Part shown: piece by piece, positions 12,703-22,874 of the stretch | Numbering within the stretch: the first letter of the stretch is position 1 | Layout: the number at the start of each line of letters is the position of its first letter | Source of the DNA: an uncultured Phycisphaerales bacterium | GTDB taxonomy: Bacteria > Planctomycetota > Phycisphaerae > Tepidisphaerales > Tepidisphaeraceae | DNA length: 64,000 nt | Assembly (NCBI GenBank): GCA_963758525.1 | Contig: CAVWVQ010000003.1 | Coordinates: forward strand, 4,352,001-4,416,000 | Reading direction: 5' to 3' | Program-made: the position numbers and the translations under genes | The notes under the pieces: generated by a model | Database searches by the model: none | The model's input: only the letters and a program-made list of their open reading frames with translations | Told to the model about the DNA's origin: nothing

Positions 12703-15120
12703 ATGGCCGAATCTCAGATCATCGAAAGAACCGAAACCGCCACCACGATCCGCACGGGGGGCAACGGCCAGCGCACGGTCCTTCCCAACGTCCTGCCGAT
12801 TCTTCCGATTCGCAATATTGTCGTCTTTCCCGGCACCGTGATGCCGCTCAACGTCGGCCGGCCCAAGAGCAAGGCGCTGCTGGACGAAGTGATGCCGGGG
12901 GAGAAAATCATCGGCGTCTGCACCCAGAAAAATGCCGATGTCGAAGACCCGCAATACACCGACTTGCACACCGTTGGCGTCGCGTGCGTGATCCTCAAGC
13001 TTTTCAAGCTCCCTGACGGAAACCAATCGATCATCGTGCATGGCTTGGCGCGATTTCGTCTTTTGTCGCTGGAGCAGACCGAGCCTTTCGCGACCGGGCG
13101 GATCGAAGTGCTGGAAGACACGCTCACCCCCGGCCCGTCGCTGGACGCGCTGGTCGCATCCGTGCGGCAGCAGGCCAATCGCGTCATCGAGCTTTCGCCC
13201 AATACGCCCGACGAGGCGCAGCAGGTGTTGAACAGCATCACCAATCCGTCGGCGCTGGCCGATTTCCTGGCGGCTAATCTCCAGGCCGACACAATCGACA
13301 AGCAGCAGATGCTCGAAGAGCTCGACGTGGAAAAGCGCCTGCGGATGATCGCTTCAAAGTTGGCCACCCAGCTCGACGTCCTGGAATTGCAGAGCAAGAT
13401 TCAGTCACAGGTCAAGGAAAACATCGACAAGTCGCAGCGGCGCTATTACCTGCAGGAGCAGTTGAAGGCGATCCGCAAGGAACTGGGCGAGACCGAAGCC
13501 GGCGGGGGTGGAAGCGAAGTCGATCTGCTCCGCACCAAACTCGAAGCGGCCAAGCCTCCCGAAATCGTCATGAAGGAGGCGTTGCGCGAGCTCAACCGCC
13601 TGGAGAGCATCCCCAGCGCTTCCCCGGAATATGGCGTCATTCGCACTTACCTGCAGATTCTCAGCGAACTGCCATGGAGCGTTGAGACAACCGACAAGAT
13701 CGATCTGCCCGAAGCGCGGGCGGTTCTTGATCGCGATCATCACGACCTGGACAAGGTCAAACGCCGGATCATTGAGTACCTGGCGGTTCGCAAGCTCAAG
13801 CCGGAAGGCGGCGGAGCGATTCTCTGCTTCGTCGGTCCGCCCGGCGTCGGGAAAACATCGTTGGGGAAGAGCATCGCCGAGGCGATGGGCCGCAAGTTCA
13901 TCCGCGTAGCCCTCGGAGGGGTGCGCGACGAGGCCGACATTCGCGGCCATCGCCGGACATACATCGGTTCGATGCCCGGGCGCATCATTGCCGAGCTTCG
14001 CAAAGCCGGCACGCGCAATCCGGTGATGATGCTCGACGAGATCGACAAGCTCGGCGCCGACTTCCGCGGCGACCCCGCGTCGGCACTGCTCGAGGTGCTC
14101 GATCCGGCTCAGAACCACACGTTTACCGACCATTACCTCGACGTGCCCTTCGATCTGTCGAAAGTGATGTTCATCGCGACCGCCAACACGATGGACACGG
14201 TGCCCGGCCCGCTGCGCGACCGCATGGAAGTGATCGAGATTCCCGGGTACACCGAATCCGACAAGCTCAACATCGCCCGCCGCTATCTTGTTCCCCGCCA
14301 GCTCGAAGCCAACGGGGTGGCGCCCAAGCAGGTGAAGTTCATTGACGCGGCACTCCGATGGATCATCGAGGGTTACACCCGCGAAGCGGGGGTGCGGAAT
14401 CTCGAGCGGAATATCGGCGCGGTCTGTCGCGCTATCGCAGCCGACATCGTGGGCGGCAAAACCGAGAAGGTTACCGTCGATCGTGACATGGTCAGCAAAG
14501 TGCTCGGGCCGCGCCGATTCGAGCCGGAACTGGCGTCGCGCACCAGCGTTCCCGGCGTGGCCACGGGTCTCGCCTACACCCCCGTCGGCGGAGAGATACT
14601 CTTCATCGAAGCCACGCGGTTCCCCGGTAAAGGGAATATTACGCTCACCGGCCAGATCGGCGATGTCATGAAGGAATCGGCAACGGCGGCGTTCAGCCTG
14701 ATGCGCTCGTGCGCCGAGTCGCTGGGCATTAACGCCAAGCTGCTTGCCGAGAGTGATATTCACATTCACATTCCTGCCGGCGCCATTCCCAAGGACGGCC
14801 CCAGCGCCGGCGTCGCCATGTTCACCGCGCTGGCGTCGCTGCTGATGAATCGCCCGGTGCGCCACGACGTTGCCATGACCGGAGAAATCACCCTGCGCGG
14901 CCTCGTGCTTCCGATCGGTGGGCTCAAAGAAAAAACCCTGGCCGCCAAGCGCGCTGGCATCAAGCAGGTCATCGTTCCCAAGCGAAATGAGAAAGACCTG
15001 CCGGACATCCCCGATGAAGTGAAGGCGAGCCTGAAGTTCAATTTCGTCGAAACAGTCGACGACGTACTGGCAATCGCGCTGGGCGCTGGCCGTAAGGTGA
15101 AGGCGCCTGCGAAAAGTTGA
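12703..15120 (+). CDS. lon: ATP-dependent Lon protease
   Basis: LON N-domain, GPPGVGKTS, GHRRTYIG, LDEIDK, PKDGPSAG (catalytic Ser) and IGGLKEK motifs. Confidence 0.99.
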   Translation: MAESQIIERTETATTIRTGGNGQRTVLPNVLPILPIRNIVVFPGTVMPLNVGRPKSKALLDEVMPGEKIIGVCTQKNADVEDPQYTDLHTVGVACVILKLFKLPDGNQSIIVHGLARFRLLSLEQTEPFATGRIEVLEDTLTPGPSLDALVASVRQQANRVIELSPNTPDEAQQVLNSITNPSALADFLAANLQADTIDKQQMLEELDVEKRLRMIASKLATQLDVLELQSKIQSQVKENIDKSQRRYYLQEQLKAIRKELGETEAGGGGSEVDLLRTKLEAAKPPEIVMKEALRELNRLESIPSASPEYGVIRTYLQILSELPWSVETTDKIDLPEARAVLDRDHHDLDKVKRRIIEYLAVRKLKPEGGGAILCFVGPPGVGKTSLGKSIAEAMGRKFIRVALGGVRDEADIRGHRRTYIGSMPGRIIAELRKAGTRNPVMMLDEIDKLGADFRGDPASALLEVLDPAQNHTFTDHYLDVPFDLSKVMFIATANTMDTVPGPLRDRMEVIEIPGYTESDKLNIARRYLVPRQLEANGVAPKQVKFIDAALRWIIEGYTREAGVRNLERNIGAVCRAIAADIVGGKTEKVTVDRDMVSKVLGPRRFEPELASRTSVPGVATGLAYTPVGGEILFIEATRFPGKGNITLTGQIGDVMKESATAAFSLMRSCAESLGINAKLLAESDIHIHIPAGAIPKDGPSAGVAMFTALASLLMNRPVRHDVAMTGEITLRGLVLPIGGLKEKTLAAKRAGIKQVIVPKRNEKDLPDIPDEVKASLKFNFVETVDDVLAIALGAGRKVKAPAKS

Positions 15121-15130
15121 GGATTTCGCG

Positions 15131-17202
15131 TTACGCGGAGTGCTCGATGCGGGGCGCAACGCCGCCGATGTTAAGAATGCGCGTCGTCAGCGAAGAAGGG
15201 GTCGGCCCGGCGGGCCCGCGGTCCAGAATGTCCTCGGCATAGCATCGCAGCAGTTCTCCGGTGGCGATCGCGCACGCGATCGTGCCGCCAGGCGCATGCG
15301 GCGCATCGCCGTCAAACAATTCGTTGATCAACCCGAGCCCCGCTCCCCGCAGTCGATCGAGACACGGTTGAAGTAATGCCGCCGCATGCGCACGGGCTTC
15401 GTCGCTGCGGCCGCTCAACCGGAGGCTGGCTGAGATGTAGGGGCCCATCAGCCAGGGGAAGACGGTGCCGTTGTGATACGCCCGGTCTCGCGAGACAATC
15501 GCGCCGTTGTAATGTCCGATATAGTTCGCGTCGCGCGGCGAAAGCGTTCGCAGGCCAAATGGCGTCAGCAGGTCGCGACGCAAGAGTTCGAGAACCCTTT
15601 CGCAGCGGTCCGCCTGCAGCACTGGGAAGGGAAGGGACAGGGCCAGCACCTGGTTTGGACGGATCGAACCATCGGGAACCTCGTCTCCGACGACGTCGAA
15701 ACAGCACCCGGCCATGTCGTTCCAGAATCTTCGGTTAAACGCCTGATGCACGGAGTGCGCCAGATCAGCCAGCTCCGTTGAGAGAGGAGTGCGTCCAAGC
15801 CGCTCGGCGAAATCCGCCGCGATGCACAGGGCGTTATGCCACAGCGCATTCAATTCCACCGGCCGGCCCGCGCGGTGTGACCACCCAATCGCCGGCCTTG
15901 GCGTCCATCCACGTTGTTGGAATCCCCGGCTCCCGCGTCGAAATCAGTCCGTCCCGATCCATGCGGATGCCCAGGTCCGTCCCCTTTCGATACGCCTCGA
16001 TGATCTTCATCACCACGTCAAACAGTTGTCGAACGGTGGCTTGGTCATCGCTGTATCGGAAGTACTGAAACACCGCGTGAACGAACCAGAGGGAGACATC
16101 CGCGCCGTGATAGAGCGGCTCATCAATCTCCTCCGAAAAATCGGTGGGCAACAAGCCATTCTTCAGATGCGAGGAAATCTCCAGGAGCAGATTCCGCGCC
16201 TCGGCAAAACGCCCGGTCGTGAGGTACAGGCCGGTAAACGCAATCAGCGTGGCGCGCGGAGAGGGAGCAAACCAGTGGTATCCCGCGATACAGGCCGCAA
16301 CGGCTTGTTCGTCGCCGCGCCGCGGCAATGAGACCGGGAAGCAGTCCGCCGCGCGGCGCAGCGCATCGAACGCCGGATCGGGAGAGGGCTCACCGTTGCG
16401 ATTGACGGCTTTGATGTCTCCCTGCATCGACGCAAACGTCTGTGCGTTCACCTTCTGGATTGCTTCCGCAAGTACGATCGGATCGGCCGAGCAGACGAAA
16501 TGCGCCGCCTCTCCGGGTACTAGCTTGAGATGCAGCACGCCGGGGCTCCACAGATCCTCCAGACCCCCGTAGCCGCGTTCGCGTTCCCGCCGATAGATCG
16601 TGTTGAGGTACCAGCAGGGCGCATCGTGAAAGTCGCCGCTGCTGGCGAAGAACACCTCGGGGCTTTTGCTGGTGGGGGCTACCTGATAATGGCCCGGCGA
16701 GCGCAATTGTGCCGCGAGCCGGCCGTTGCCCTGGTAAGTAAGTTCGTGAATGGGACGCAGGGCGAAGAGCGGGCGAACTTCCAACTCGACCGACCGTTCC
16801 GCGCCCAGTAATGTGTATGTCAGAACCACCGCGTTTTCGCCGCGCAGAAGGCGGACCTGCTTTTCGAGCGTCCAGCCGGCCGACTGATATGCCCAGCGCG
16901 GATGCGGCTCATTGCTGAAGGCGCAAGAGCTGATCCCCACGGGGAAAGATCGCGCCGGGATATTCGTTGCAACCCAGATCGGCGTGGCCGGAGTTCCAAA
17001 CAACGGTTTCTTCAACACGCGACAGCAAAACGTGACGCCGCACCGGTGGCGCCATCGCGGCAACGAGCAATCCATGATAGCGGCGGGTATTCAAGCCTGG
17101 GATCGACGAGCTGGCATACCCACCAATCCCATTGGTGATCAGCCATTCCCGGGAGATCAGAGTGTCAAAATCCAAATCGGCTGGCGACAATCCCTCGTCC
17201 AC
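15131..17202 (-). CDS. Amylo-alpha-1,6-glucosidase (glycogen debranching, GDE_N + GDE_C); apparent frameshifts near 16920 and 15870
   Basis: EWLITNGIGGYAS, TRRYHGLL, IAGYHWF, TWMDAK, IRPNQ and YHNGTVFPWL motifs across three ORFs. Confidence 0.9.
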
Positions 17203-17293
17203 AACTACCTCCCGTACCCCAATACACCATTATCTTTCGCCAACATGAGGGATCAAGGCGTGTTCCAGTAAACGCGCATCAGGAAATTACTGA

Positions 17294-18577
17294 TCAATAC
17301 TGCGGGCCACCGGGGTTAACGTCTTTGTTCCAGAGCGAAATCCCCCCGGCCATGCTCTTCACGTCCTTGAAGCCTGCCTGTCGCAACGCCTGCGTGAAAT
17401 TCATCGATCGGCCGCCGCTCTTGCAATGCACAACGACCTTCTCGCTCGCGTGCGGCTGAAGCTCGCCCAGCCGTTGCGAGAGGTGCTGCAGCGGAATCAA
17501 CTGCGTCCCCTCAATGTGCGTGATCTGGTACTCATTCGGGAGCCGGCAGTCGACAAAAAAGAACTTCTCTCCCTTGTCGAGCATTGCCTTCACCTCGCGC
17601 GGCGTCACTTCCCAATCGGGCTTGAAGGGATAGCCGGGGGGAAGGCCGCGGCTGTCCAGGTTGGACGCCGGCGCTGCGGCGGGGGTCACGGGATTTTTGG
17701 CGTGTTGCACTTCTGCCTCTGTTTCCGCGGCGGACTTGGGATCGAGAATCGGCACGCCGCAAAACTGTTCGTAATCGATCGGCTTGGTAATGGTCGGATG
17801 CTCGCCGCAAACCGGGCAAGCCGGGTCGCGCCGCACCTTGAACGTCTTGAACTCCAGATCGAGCGAGCTGTATGTCGTCAACCGGCCGATCGCGGGCCGC
17901 CCGATGCCGAGAATCAGCTTCACCGTTTCATTGGCCTGCATGCTGCCGACAGTTCCGCAGATGACGCCCAGAACGCCTCCCTCGGCGCAACTCGGCACCG
18001 ACCCGGGATCAGGCGGCTCGGGATACATGCAGCGATAACACGGCCCGGCTTCCTTCGTATCCGGATTCTGCAAATGCGGCGCGAAGACGGTGACCATTCC
18101 TTCAAACCGGAAGATCGAGCCATACACGTTGGGCTTCTTGAGAATCACGCAAGCGTCGTTAACGCAGTAGCGCGTCGGAAAATTGTCGGTGCCGTCGATG
18201 ATGATGTCGTAATCTTTGATGAGATCCAGGACGTTGGAACTGTTGACGACGGTTTTATGCTCGATCAGCTTGAGGTCGGGGTTGAGATCCTTCAGCCGCT
18301 TGCTGGCAGCTTTCACTTTGTCTTCGCCGATGTTGCTGACGCCAAAGAGAATCTGTCGCTGCAGATTGCTCGGGCTGACCACGTCGATGTCCGCCAGGCC
18401 GATGGTCCCAACGCCGGCCGCGGCAAGGTAAAGACTGATCGGACAACCCAGCCCGCCGGCGCCGATGCAGAGCACCTTCGCGGCCAGCAGGCGCTTCTGC
18501 CCTTCCACTCCCACTTCCGGCAGCAGCAGGTGCCGCTTATAGCGGTTGATTTGTTCGGGGCTCAATTGGCTGGCCAT
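17294..18577 (-). CDS. moeB: MoeB/MoeZ-type adenylyltransferase with C-terminal rhodanese domain
   Basis: RYKRHLLL, GAGGLG, SNLQRQ, DGTDNFPTRY, two CxxC motifs and rhodanese HCKSGGRS. Confidence 0.93.
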   Translation of the reverse strand: MASQLSPEQINRYKRHLLLPEVGVEGQKRLLAAKVLCIGAGGLGCPISLYLAAAGVGTIGLADIDVVSPSNLQRQILFGVSNIGEDKVKAASKRLKDLNPDLKLIEHKTVVNSSNVLDLIKDYDIIIDGTDNFPTRYCVNDACVILKKPNVYGSIFRFEGMVTVFAPHLQNPDTKEAGPCYRCMYPEPPDPGSVPSCAEGGVLGVICGTVGSMQANETVKLILGIGRPAIGRLTTYSSLDLEFKTFKVRRDPACPVCGEHPTITKPIDYEQFCGVPILDPKSAAETEAEVQHAKNPVTPAAAPASNLDSRGLPPGYPFKPDWEVTPREVKAMLDKGEKFFFVDCRLPNEYQITHIEGTQLIPLQHLSQRLGELQPHASEKVVVHCKSGGRSMNFTQALRQAGFKDVKSMAGGISLWNKDVNPGGPQY

Positions 18578-18990
18578 ATATATCTCGCAAAACAAGAAAA
18601 CCATGCCGCTGATCGGCATGGCCCTGATACTCACGCGGTCCAGCAGACTCTAGGAGTGCCCGCCGAGTTCGTCAAGAAAGCCGATTCTCCGCGGGGCCGG
18701 CACCGTCCGGCACCGCGCCAGGGAGTCAAAAGTTGAGAATCAAAGGTGAATGGACATTCCGAAAGCCAAATGGATTGCCATCCGTTGGTCTTCCTCTCGA
18801 TTGGAAGATCCGCCCTTTACGCATCCCGTCGAACCGACCTTTCAGACGTAAAGGTGTAAGACTCCATTCCCGCGCCACGCCCAGGAAACCGCGATCAGCT
18901 TTACGCTTCTTTACGTTTTTTTACGTTTGCGGGCCGCCCAATCAATGTTGACAAAGTCTGCCTGGCGTACCGCGGCGGCGCGGCGCGGGG

Positions 18991-19169
18991 AAACGGCGAG
19001 CATGCTCGCCGGCTACACGAAGAGATGCGCAGATGCGAAAAAACCCGGAATCCGGTCCCGTCGTTCCTCTTTTCCCCGTGTAGCCGGTGGGCATGCCCAC
19101 CGGTTTCCCCCTTCCGACCTGTCGTCTCCGCCCCTGAAAATTCACGGCGAGCATGCCTGTCGGCTACAC
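18991..19169. repeat. Three GTAG-type REP palindromes upstream of RAYT
   Basis: GTGTAGCCGGTGGGCATGCCCACCGG-like units at 18991-19018 (-), 19078-19104 (+) and 19144-19169 (-, degenerate). Confidence 0.9.
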
Positions 19170-19179
19170 TGAAGAGAGA

Positions 19180-19776
19180 ATGGTCCGCTGGTATCACGCG
19201 ATCTTCAGCGCTTACGGATTCTGGCTTCCGAACGATCCGCGGGGGTCGTGGTCGGACTTTGTGGGGTCGTGGGAGCTGTTGAAATTTGGGTGCGCAACCA
19301 CGACGGGCGAGAAGCGGTCGCTCGCGGCGGTAGCGCATGACGCGGATGTGCGCCGGAGGGCGAAATTAGCGCTGAAATATCCGCCGGTGCGGTTCAACGA
19401 CGCCCAGCGTCTCGCGATCGGAGCAGGCATCACCCAGGCCTGCGCCGAATCGAAGATCATTCTTCACGCCTGTGCGATTGGCTTCGATCACGTTCACATC
19501 GTCGCCGCCCGACATACGAAACGCGTGGAGCAGATCGTCGGACAATTGAAGGGCCGATCCACGCAGCACATGGGGGCGGCTGGATGTCATCCGATGCAGG
19601 CGGCGCTCCCGTCGACACGACCGCTGCCTACACCGTGGTCCGAGGGGTGCTGGTCCGTCTTTATCAATGACCACGAGCAACTCAGATGTGCGATCAAATA
19701 CGTCGAGCGCCATCCGCAAAAGGAAGGCCTCCCAGCGCAACGATGGACCTTCGTCCGTTCCGTCTCCTACGTGTAG
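19180..19776 (+). CDS. REP-associated tyrosine transposase (RAYT, HUH/Y1 IS200-like superfamily)
   Basis: YHAIFSAYGFWLPNDPRGS N-terminus, HUH motif DHVHIV, W..G.W segment and catalytic Tyr in IKYVERHP; flanked by REPs on both sides. Confidence 0.88.
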   Translation: MVRWYHAIFSAYGFWLPNDPRGSWSDFVGSWELLKFGCATTTGEKRSLAAVAHDADVRRRAKLALKYPPVRFNDAQRLAIGAGITQACAESKIILHACAIGFDHVHIVAARHTKRVEQIVGQLKGRSTQHMGAAGCHPMQAALPSTRPLPTPWSEGCWSVFINDHEQLRCAIKYVERHPQKEGLPAQRWTFVRSVSYV

Positions 19777-19911
19777 CCGGTGGGCATGCCCACCGTTTTC
19801 TTTGGGTGTGGAAGACGTCGGACGGGGGGAAACGGCGAGCATGCTCGCCGGCTACACAAAAATACTTGCTGATTTCCCACTCTTCGTTTAGCCGGCGGGC
19901 ATGCCCGCCGT
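19771..19911. repeat. Three REP palindromes downstream of RAYT
   Basis: Units at 19771-19797 (+), 19830-19857 (-) and 19888-19911 (+, TTAG foot). The RAYT stop codon is the TAG of the first unit's GTAG. Confidence 0.9.
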
Positions 19912-19945
19912 GGTCCTTCGCGTTGAAAATCTTTTCACCGCCGTA

Positions 19946-19991
19946 TTGACAAGATTTCCATTCCGAACGTATACCTAACATTGTACGAACA
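19946..19991 (+). promoter_or_regulatory. Putative imuA promoter with overlapping LexA-like direct repeats
   Basis: TTGACA (19946-51), 18 nt spacer, TATACC (19970-75); GAAC-N7-TAAC-N7-GAAC at 19965-19990. Confidence 0.6.
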
Positions 19992-19994
19992 GAG

Positions 19995-20975
19995 ATGAGC
20001 CATGCGATTTGTTTCCTGTCACGACGGCAAGCTTCAGGTGTTAAGTCCGCAGGAGTTCCGCGCCCGACCGCCCAGGCTTTCACCACCGGCTTGGCACCGC
20101 TGGACGCACTGGCGCCAGGAGGGGCGTTTGCCCGGGGAGCGGTGCATGAAATTCTCACCGCCCCCGAGCATGGCGCCGCCCTTTTTTTTGCGACGCTCCT
20201 GGCCGGAGCGTCGGCAGCGCCGCCGGGAGGCACGGGGGATGGGGAAGGCACGAAGGCAGTCGCCGCGGCGACTAAACTGCGGCACCAAGGCACAGGGGGA
20301 AGGATGGAGGAGGGATTCAGAGAGGGTTCAGGGTTCAGGGTTCAGACTTCAGCACAAAAATCCCCTTCCTCCCCTTCGTGCCGCAGTTTAGTCGCCGCGG
20401 CGACTGCCTCTGTGCCTTCGTGCCTTCCCCCTGATCCCCCTTCGTGCCTTGGTGCCTCCGTGCCTTCGTGCCGGCGATTCATCTGCTGGTGCGATCCCAC
20501 GCGGGAAATTTATCCGCCGGCGTTGGCGAGTCATGGCATCGCATTGACGCATTTATTTCTTCTGCATCCGAACGGCCCGCGCGATCTGCTCTGGGCGATT
20601 TCTGAATCTTTGCGATGCAAGGGGGTCGCCGCCGTCGTGGCCGCTCCGCCACGTCTCTCGCGCGTCATGGCGCGCCGTCTTCAGCTTTCCGCCGAGCGCG
20701 GCGGCGGCGTCGGATTGCTGCTGCGCAGCACCAACGCGCCGGGAATTGATTGCTATGCCGCCGCCACCCGCTGGCTGGTGCGCCCCCAGGCTGGGGAGCG
20801 CACCGTGCAACGATGGAACGTTCAACTGATTCACGGTCATGGAGGATGTATCGGACAGACCGTCATCCTGGAGGTAAGCCGTGAAAACCATTCTGTGCGT
20901 GCACTTGAATCGCTGGCCAATCGACCGATGGAGAAGAGCACAGGACAAACTTCGGGCGTTGCCAAGGCCTCGTGA
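19995..20975 (+). CDS. imuA: ImuA (RecA/SulA-like) with in-frame repeat insertion
   Basis: TGLAPLDAL.PGG.F.RGAVHEI, WCDP..EIYPPAL, ESLRC, RRLQLSAERGG and AATRWLV motifs; upstream of imuB and dnaE2. Confidence 0.9.
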   Translation: MSHAICFLSRRQASGVKSAGVPRPTAQAFTTGLAPLDALAPGGAFARGAVHEILTAPEHGAALFFATLLAGASAAPPGGTGDGEGTKAVAAATKLRHQGTGGRMEEGFREGSGFRVQTSAQKSPSSPSCRSLVAAATASVPSCLPPDPPSCLGASVPSCRRFICWCDPTREIYPPALASHGIALTHLFLLHPNGPRDLLWAISESLRCKGVAAVVAAPPRLSRVMARRLQLSAERGGGVGLLLRSTNAPGIDCYAAATRWLVRPQAGERTVQRWNVQLIHGHGGCIGQTVILEVSRENHSVRALESLANRPMEKSTGQTSGVAKAS

Positions 20976-22873
20976 TTGCCAAGCCGTTCCTCCTCAAAAA
21001 CAAATTCAAAACTTCCGGAACGCCACCCCCTCTCCCGGTACTCCGGGAGAGGGCAGGGGTGAGGGTGATTTCGAGCACCAACGGCACTTGACGTTCCAAA
21101 TCACCCTCACCCCAACCCTCTCCCGGAGTACCAGGAGAGGGGACAATCAAGCAGCCTCTCTCCTCAATACACATTCTTCCCAAGTTCCCCTGGTCATCGT
21201 TCGCACCGTCGCCGATCGGCAGGTGATTGTTTCTCTGTGCGACCTGGCCGCCCAGCGGGGAATTCGCCGGGGGATGACGCTCACGCAGGCCCGGGCGCTG
21301 TGCGCCGATGTCGAGCATGCCGAACACGACCCGCCGGCTGACCGTCGGGCGCTGGAGGCGCTGGGTCGCTGGCTCACGCGTTTTACGCCGACTGTGGCGC
21401 TGGACGCCAGTGAATCCGCCGACGGCATTTTCCTCGACATCACCGGCTGCGACCGGCTGTTTGGAAGCGTTGAAAATATTGTCCATCAGGTGATCGACGC
21501 CTTGGCTCGCCTGCGCATCAGCGCCCGCGTCGCAGTTGCTCCCACGCCTGGGGCGGCCTGGGCCTTGGCTGTCGCGGGGGAAAACGGCGATATCGCGTCC
21601 ATCGACACGCTGGCGGATATGCTTGCGCCGCTTCCTCCTGCCGCATTGCGCATCAGCGACGATCTTGCCGCGGCATTGCATCACCTGGGGCTGGTCCGCA
21701 TCCATCAGGTGATCGACCTTCCCCGCGGCCTGCTCCCGGTACGTTTCGGTCCCGAATTGCTTTTGCGCATTGATCAGGCACTGGGCCGAATCTCCGAGCC
21801 GCTGGTTCCGCTCCAATATCTTCCCCCCATCATTGCGCGTATGGATTTTGACGGCCGAGTCTCTTCGCTCGAAGCCATCTGGGCAGTCTTTCAGCAATTG
21901 ATCGGGCAGATCATCGCGCAGCTGACGCATCGCGGCTGCGGCGCTCGCCGGCTCGATATCGAGTTGCTCCATCTCCACGAGCCACCGGTCCGCAAAAGCA
22001 TTTTTCTCTCCCGTCCCTCGCGCGATGCGGTGAATTTGTTTAATTTATTTCGGTGTGGGATGGAGGAGGGGAGGGAAGGGACAAAGGGACAGAGGGACAA
22101 AGGGACAAAGGGAAGACAAGAAGGCACGAAGGCAGTCGTGGCGACTGCCTCCGTGCCTTCGTGCCTCTCTTCCCCTCCCCCTTTGTCCCTTTCCCCTTCC
22201 CTCTCCGACGACGGTTACAGCGGCATGATCCTCCATGTCCCCTTATTTGAGCCAATTTCCGATCAGCAACTCGGCCTTCTCGGCCAGGAAGAATATGACG
22301 GGCAACTCGAGCTCGATCGTCTCATCGAACGGCTGCGGATTCGCCTGGGAGAACAGACCGTCATGAGCACCCAATTAACCGAATCCTACATCCCCGAGCG
22401 CGCCTGGAGCGCCTGCGCGAGAAAGCAGGGCAGTAAAGCAGTTGAAAGGAAAGAAGAATTCCCACTCTAAAGCATCCCCTTCCTCCCCTTCGTGCCGCAG
22501 TTTAGTCGCCGCGGCGACTGCCTTCGTGCCTTGGTGCCTTCCCCCTGATTCCCCTTCGTCCCTTGGTCCCTTTGTCCCTTTGTCCCTTCCTCCTCCCATC
22601 CGTCCCCTTCACTTATTCCTTCATCCCATCGAAATCCGCGTGATGGTCAGCCCGTCGGATGATGCCGAAGGGCAGCCCGCCGCGTTTACGCATGAGGGGC
22701 AGGTCCGCACGATCGTTCACGCCGTCGGCCCCGAGCGTATTGCCGGGCGGTGGTGGGACGGCCACGACAAAACCCGCGATTACTTCGACGTGGAGGACGC
22801 CAGTGCCAGAAGGTTCTGGCTCTTCCGCGTGCGGGAAACCGGGCGGTGGTATTTGCATGGAGGGTTTGAGTGA
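20881..22873 (+). CDS. imuB: ImuB (Y-family polymerase-like) with three repeat insertions; apparent frameshift near 22410
   Basis: WPIDR, GMTLTQARAL, RFTPTV, LDITGCDRLFG and APTPGAAWALA; C-terminal GPERIAGRWW, RDYFDVED and WYLHGGFE lie in ORF 22442..22873. Confidence 0.9.
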
Positions 22874-22874
22874 A

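Noticed and set aside
18991..19911. CRISPR array
   Set aside because: The repeats alternate in orientation, are irregularly spaced and flank a Y1 transposase; no cas genes are present. They are REPs.
22410..22470. imuB truncated by its third insertion
   Set aside because: Adding 2 nt at the GAGCGCC/TGCGCG run joins both ORFs without stops, consistent with the window-wide error pattern; not proven without reads.
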